Source of the DNA: Verrucomicrobiota bacterium
GTDB taxonomy: Bacteria; Verrucomicrobiota; Verrucomicrobiia; Limisphaerales; CANJSG01
Length of the DNA stretch: 30,638 bases
Reading direction: 5' to 3'
Assembly: GCA_038209745.1 (NCBI GenBank)
Contig: JBBQXJ010000059.1
Location: 1-30,638, forward strand
Part shown: one piece after another, positions 28,599 through 30,638 of the stretch
Position numbering within the stretch: the stretch's first letter is position 1
Layout of the letters: every line of letters begins with the position of its first letter
Notes under the pieces: model-generated
Seen by the model: only the letters and a program-made list of their open reading frames with translations
Database searches by the model: none
What the model was told of the DNA's origin: nothing
Program-made: the position numbers and the translations under genes

Positions 28599-29408
28599 TC
28601 AGTGATGGTTGTGGCCGTGGTCATGGTCGTGCCCGTGGGAATGGCCCGCGTCATGGACATGCGGCGGTTCGATTTCGCGGCGCGTCTGGTAGCGCTCCAA
28701 CTCGCAGCTGTAGGCGGCGTGGACGATCTTGTCGTCGAGATCGCAGGCCGCGCCGTGCCAGTGGACTCCGCCGCTGATGCAGGCGATGCGGTCGGCGTAT
28801 TTCGTGATCAGCGGGATGTCATGGCTGACCAGCACCACGGTGATTCCCTGTCGGGAAAGCTCGTGGACGATCTCGCAGAACTGTTCCTGGCCCCGCGTGT
28901 CCACCCCGGCGGTCGGTTCGTCGAGGAGGAGGATTTCCGGGTCGTTCATCAACGCACGGGCCAGCAACAGACGGCGCTGTTGCCCGCCGGAAAGATCCAC
29001 CACGCGGGTCTGCATCTGCTCGACCAGTCCAACCCGGGTGAGCAATTGCTCCGAACGTTGGAAGAGCCGTTTGCGCCGCGCGCCAAACACGGGCCAACCC
29101 CCTTCCCCGCCCTGCCGCACCACCTCGATGCTGCTCAGCGGATAATGCGCCTCGATCATCGTCTTCTGCGGCACGTAGCCGATGCGCGGCGTGGGCGAAG
29201 CGACGGACGTCCACTGGAGCTTGCCCGAGGTCGGCTGGAGCAGGCCGACCAACAGACGGAGAAAGGAGGTCTTCCCGCCACCGTTCGGCCCGATGATGCC
29301 GAGGAACTCGCCGCGACCGAGGTCGAGGGAGATGTTGCGCAAAATGGCGCGGCCGCCGAGGTCGAGCGACATCCCGGCGACCTGCAAAACGTTGTTGGCG
29401 GCGCTCAT
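28599..29408 (-). CDS. znuC: Zn/Mn ABC transporter ATP-binding protein (ZnuC-like) with a His-rich C-tail
   Basis: GPNGGGKT, IGYVPQ, LSGGQQRR, LLLDEPT, VSHD and the tail HVHDAGHSHGHDHDHGHNHH. Confidence 0.9.
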   Translation of the reverse strand: MSAANNVLQVAGMSLDLGGRAILRNISLDLGRGEFLGIIGPNGGGKTSFLRLLVGLLQPTSGKLQWTSVASPTPRIGYVPQKTMIEAHYPLSSIEVVRQGGEGGWPVFGARRKRLFQRSEQLLTRVGLVEQMQTRVVDLSGGQQRRLLLARALMNDPEILLLDEPTAGVDTRGQEQFCEIVHELSRQGITVVLVSHDIPLITKYADRIACISGGVHWHGAACDLDDKIVHAAYSCELERYQTRREIEPPHVHDAGHSHGHDHDHGHNHH

Positions 29409-30358
29409 GGTTTGGACCCGAGAACGCGCTGCAGCGTCGCGAGGTTGTCCCGTTGCCGCGCAACGTAGCCACGCTCCGGCGCCTCGGCGAGGATGCGTTC
29501 CATCGGGTCGAGCCGTTCGACGCTCCCGCCGATTTCCCGGGCGATGATCTGGGCGGCCCGGTCCTGGACGTCGGGCTCGGCAAAGATGGTCTTCACGCCG
29601 GTCTTGCGCGAAAGATCGACGAGCTTGCGCAGGTAGGCGGCGGACGGTTCGTCACCGGGAAAGAGCTGGATCACGGCCCGTTCATGCAGGCCGTAGCGGG
29701 CGAACAGATAGCTGAAGGCACTGTGGAAGGTGACCACGTCCTTGGTCTTGAAACCGGCGACTGCCGCCGCGAAGTCCTTGTCCAAGGTATCCAGTTCGCC
29801 CAGCAACGCGTCCGCCCGCTGCTGCACAAGCGTCTGGTGCTGCGGAGCCAACGCGATCAGCTCGCGGGCGATGTGTTTGACCAGTTCCTTCGCCGCCACC
29901 GGATCGAGCCAAACGTGGGGATCGATCTCCTCGGCTCCGTGGTCGTGGCCCGAATGCTCCGCAGCCTCCGCCCCGCCGAATTCCTCCAGCAGAACCGCAC
30001 TGGGCTTGTGGGTCTGGATTCCCTCGTTCAACGAGACGAGCCGGGTGTTCTTGTCGGACTTGGCGAGGCGCTCGACCCAGGTGTCGAAGCCCAGGCCGAG
30101 CGTCAGCACCAGATTCGCGTCGGCCACCAGCTTGGCGGCGGCCGGACTGGCCTCGATGCCGTGCGGGTCTTCGCCTTCGGGGACCAGGCACCGCACCTCG
30201 AACTCGGACCCGGCCAAGGTCCGCGCAAAATCGTAGAGCGGATAGAAGCTGGCGACGACGAGCGGCCGGGTGCGCGGCTCGGACTTGGGCTTGCAAGCCG
30301 GCACGGCGCCCAAAAGCAGGGCGCATAGCGCGGTCGCGATGAAGTGTCTTGGACGCAT
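29405..30358 (-). CDS. znuA: Zn/Mn ABC transporter substrate-binding lipoprotein (ZnuA/AdcA-like)
   Basis: Lipobox VPAC, VVASFYPL, DPH, His loop EHSGHDH, DPHVWLDP, TFHSAFSY and LDP. Start ATG 30358. Confidence 0.88.
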   Translation of the reverse strand: MRPRHFIATALCALLLGAVPACKPKSEPRTRPLVVASFYPLYDFARTLAGSEFEVRCLVPEGEDPHGIEASPAAAKLVADANLVLTLGLGFDTWVERLAKSDKNTRLVSLNEGIQTHKPSAVLLEEFGGAEAAEHSGHDHGAEEIDPHVWLDPVAAKELVKHIARELIALAPQHQTLVQQRADALLGELDTLDKDFAAAVAGFKTKDVVTFHSAFSYLFARYGLHERAVIQLFPGDEPSAAYLRKLVDLSRKTGVKTIFAEPDVQDRAAQIIAREIGGSVERLDPMERILAEAPERGYVARQRDNLATLQRVLGSKP

Positions 30359-30492
30359 GGAGCGATCTTGCCAGAACCTGTCAAGGGGCCCCGGCGTTTG
30401 GGAAACGTGGCAGCGTGGACAACCTTCCGGCAAGCCCGTGCAGGAAGAGGGACAGGGAGAGTGGAGCGGCGGAAGTCCGTTCGGCAGCGGCC

Positions 30493-30638
30493 TCAGCCCA
30501 CGGCCACGATCCGCGCCGGGGAACGGGCGGCGTGACGGTCGCGCAGCTCCATGATGGCGTCGCGGACTTTGGGGAGATTCATCTCGTGGACCTCCACTCC
30601 CCGGCCGATCGACTCCAGAAGGGTGATCGTCAGGTCGC
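30493..30638 (-). CDS. 3' end of a 3-dehydroquinate-synthase-like (EboD-type) protein, partial
   Basis: My translation of 30636-30493 is DLTITLLESIGRGVEVHEMNLPKVRDAIMELRDRHAARSPARIVAVG*. LTITLLxxIGxGxEVHEM resembles the C-terminus of EboD-type DHQ synthase paralogues. Not in the ORF track because it is cut by the window edge. Confidence 0.6.
   Translation of the reverse strand, partial: DLTITLLESIGRGVEVHEMNLPKVRDAIMELRDRHAARSPARIVAVG

Overview
GC-rich bacterial chromosomal window. Its gene content suggests Verrucomicrobiota/PVC, which is an inference. Left part (1-10.1 kb): a glutamate/2-oxoglutarate/nitrogen hub with proA (preceded by a short duplicated 5' fragment), a circularly permuted ATP-grasp ligase, type II glutamine synthetase with a sigma54-type promoter, a 127-aa minimal protein-kinase-fold gene, a PP2C phosphatase, a Ser49-bearing PII (glnB), 2-oxoacid:ferredoxin oxidoreductase alpha/beta and a YkgJ-type Cys-cluster protein. 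Middle (10.3-22.5 kb): a lone ParA/Soj and a minus-strand alternative complex III operon (actA-F plus an actG-like gene). The operon continues into a CcoN-like protein that has lost most haem/Cu His ligands, a CcoO-like cytochrome and a further cytochrome c, and has a Rex/CRP-like operator upstream. Right part: a truncated ECF sigma factor, a GT4 glycosyltransferase translationally coupled to an orphan amino-DNA methyltransferase, a halogenase-like FAD enzyme, a Zn/Mn ABC transporter and the 3' end of a DHQ-synthase/EboD-like gene. Several REP-like palindromic repeat families lie in intergenic regions. I saw no tRNA, rRNA, CRISPR array or transposase. The best candidates for undescribed systems are (1) the mini-kinase/PP2C pair between glnII and Ser49-PII and (2) the ligand-less CcoN pseudo-oxidase module attached to ACIII. 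All calls come from motif reading only; no database searches were run.
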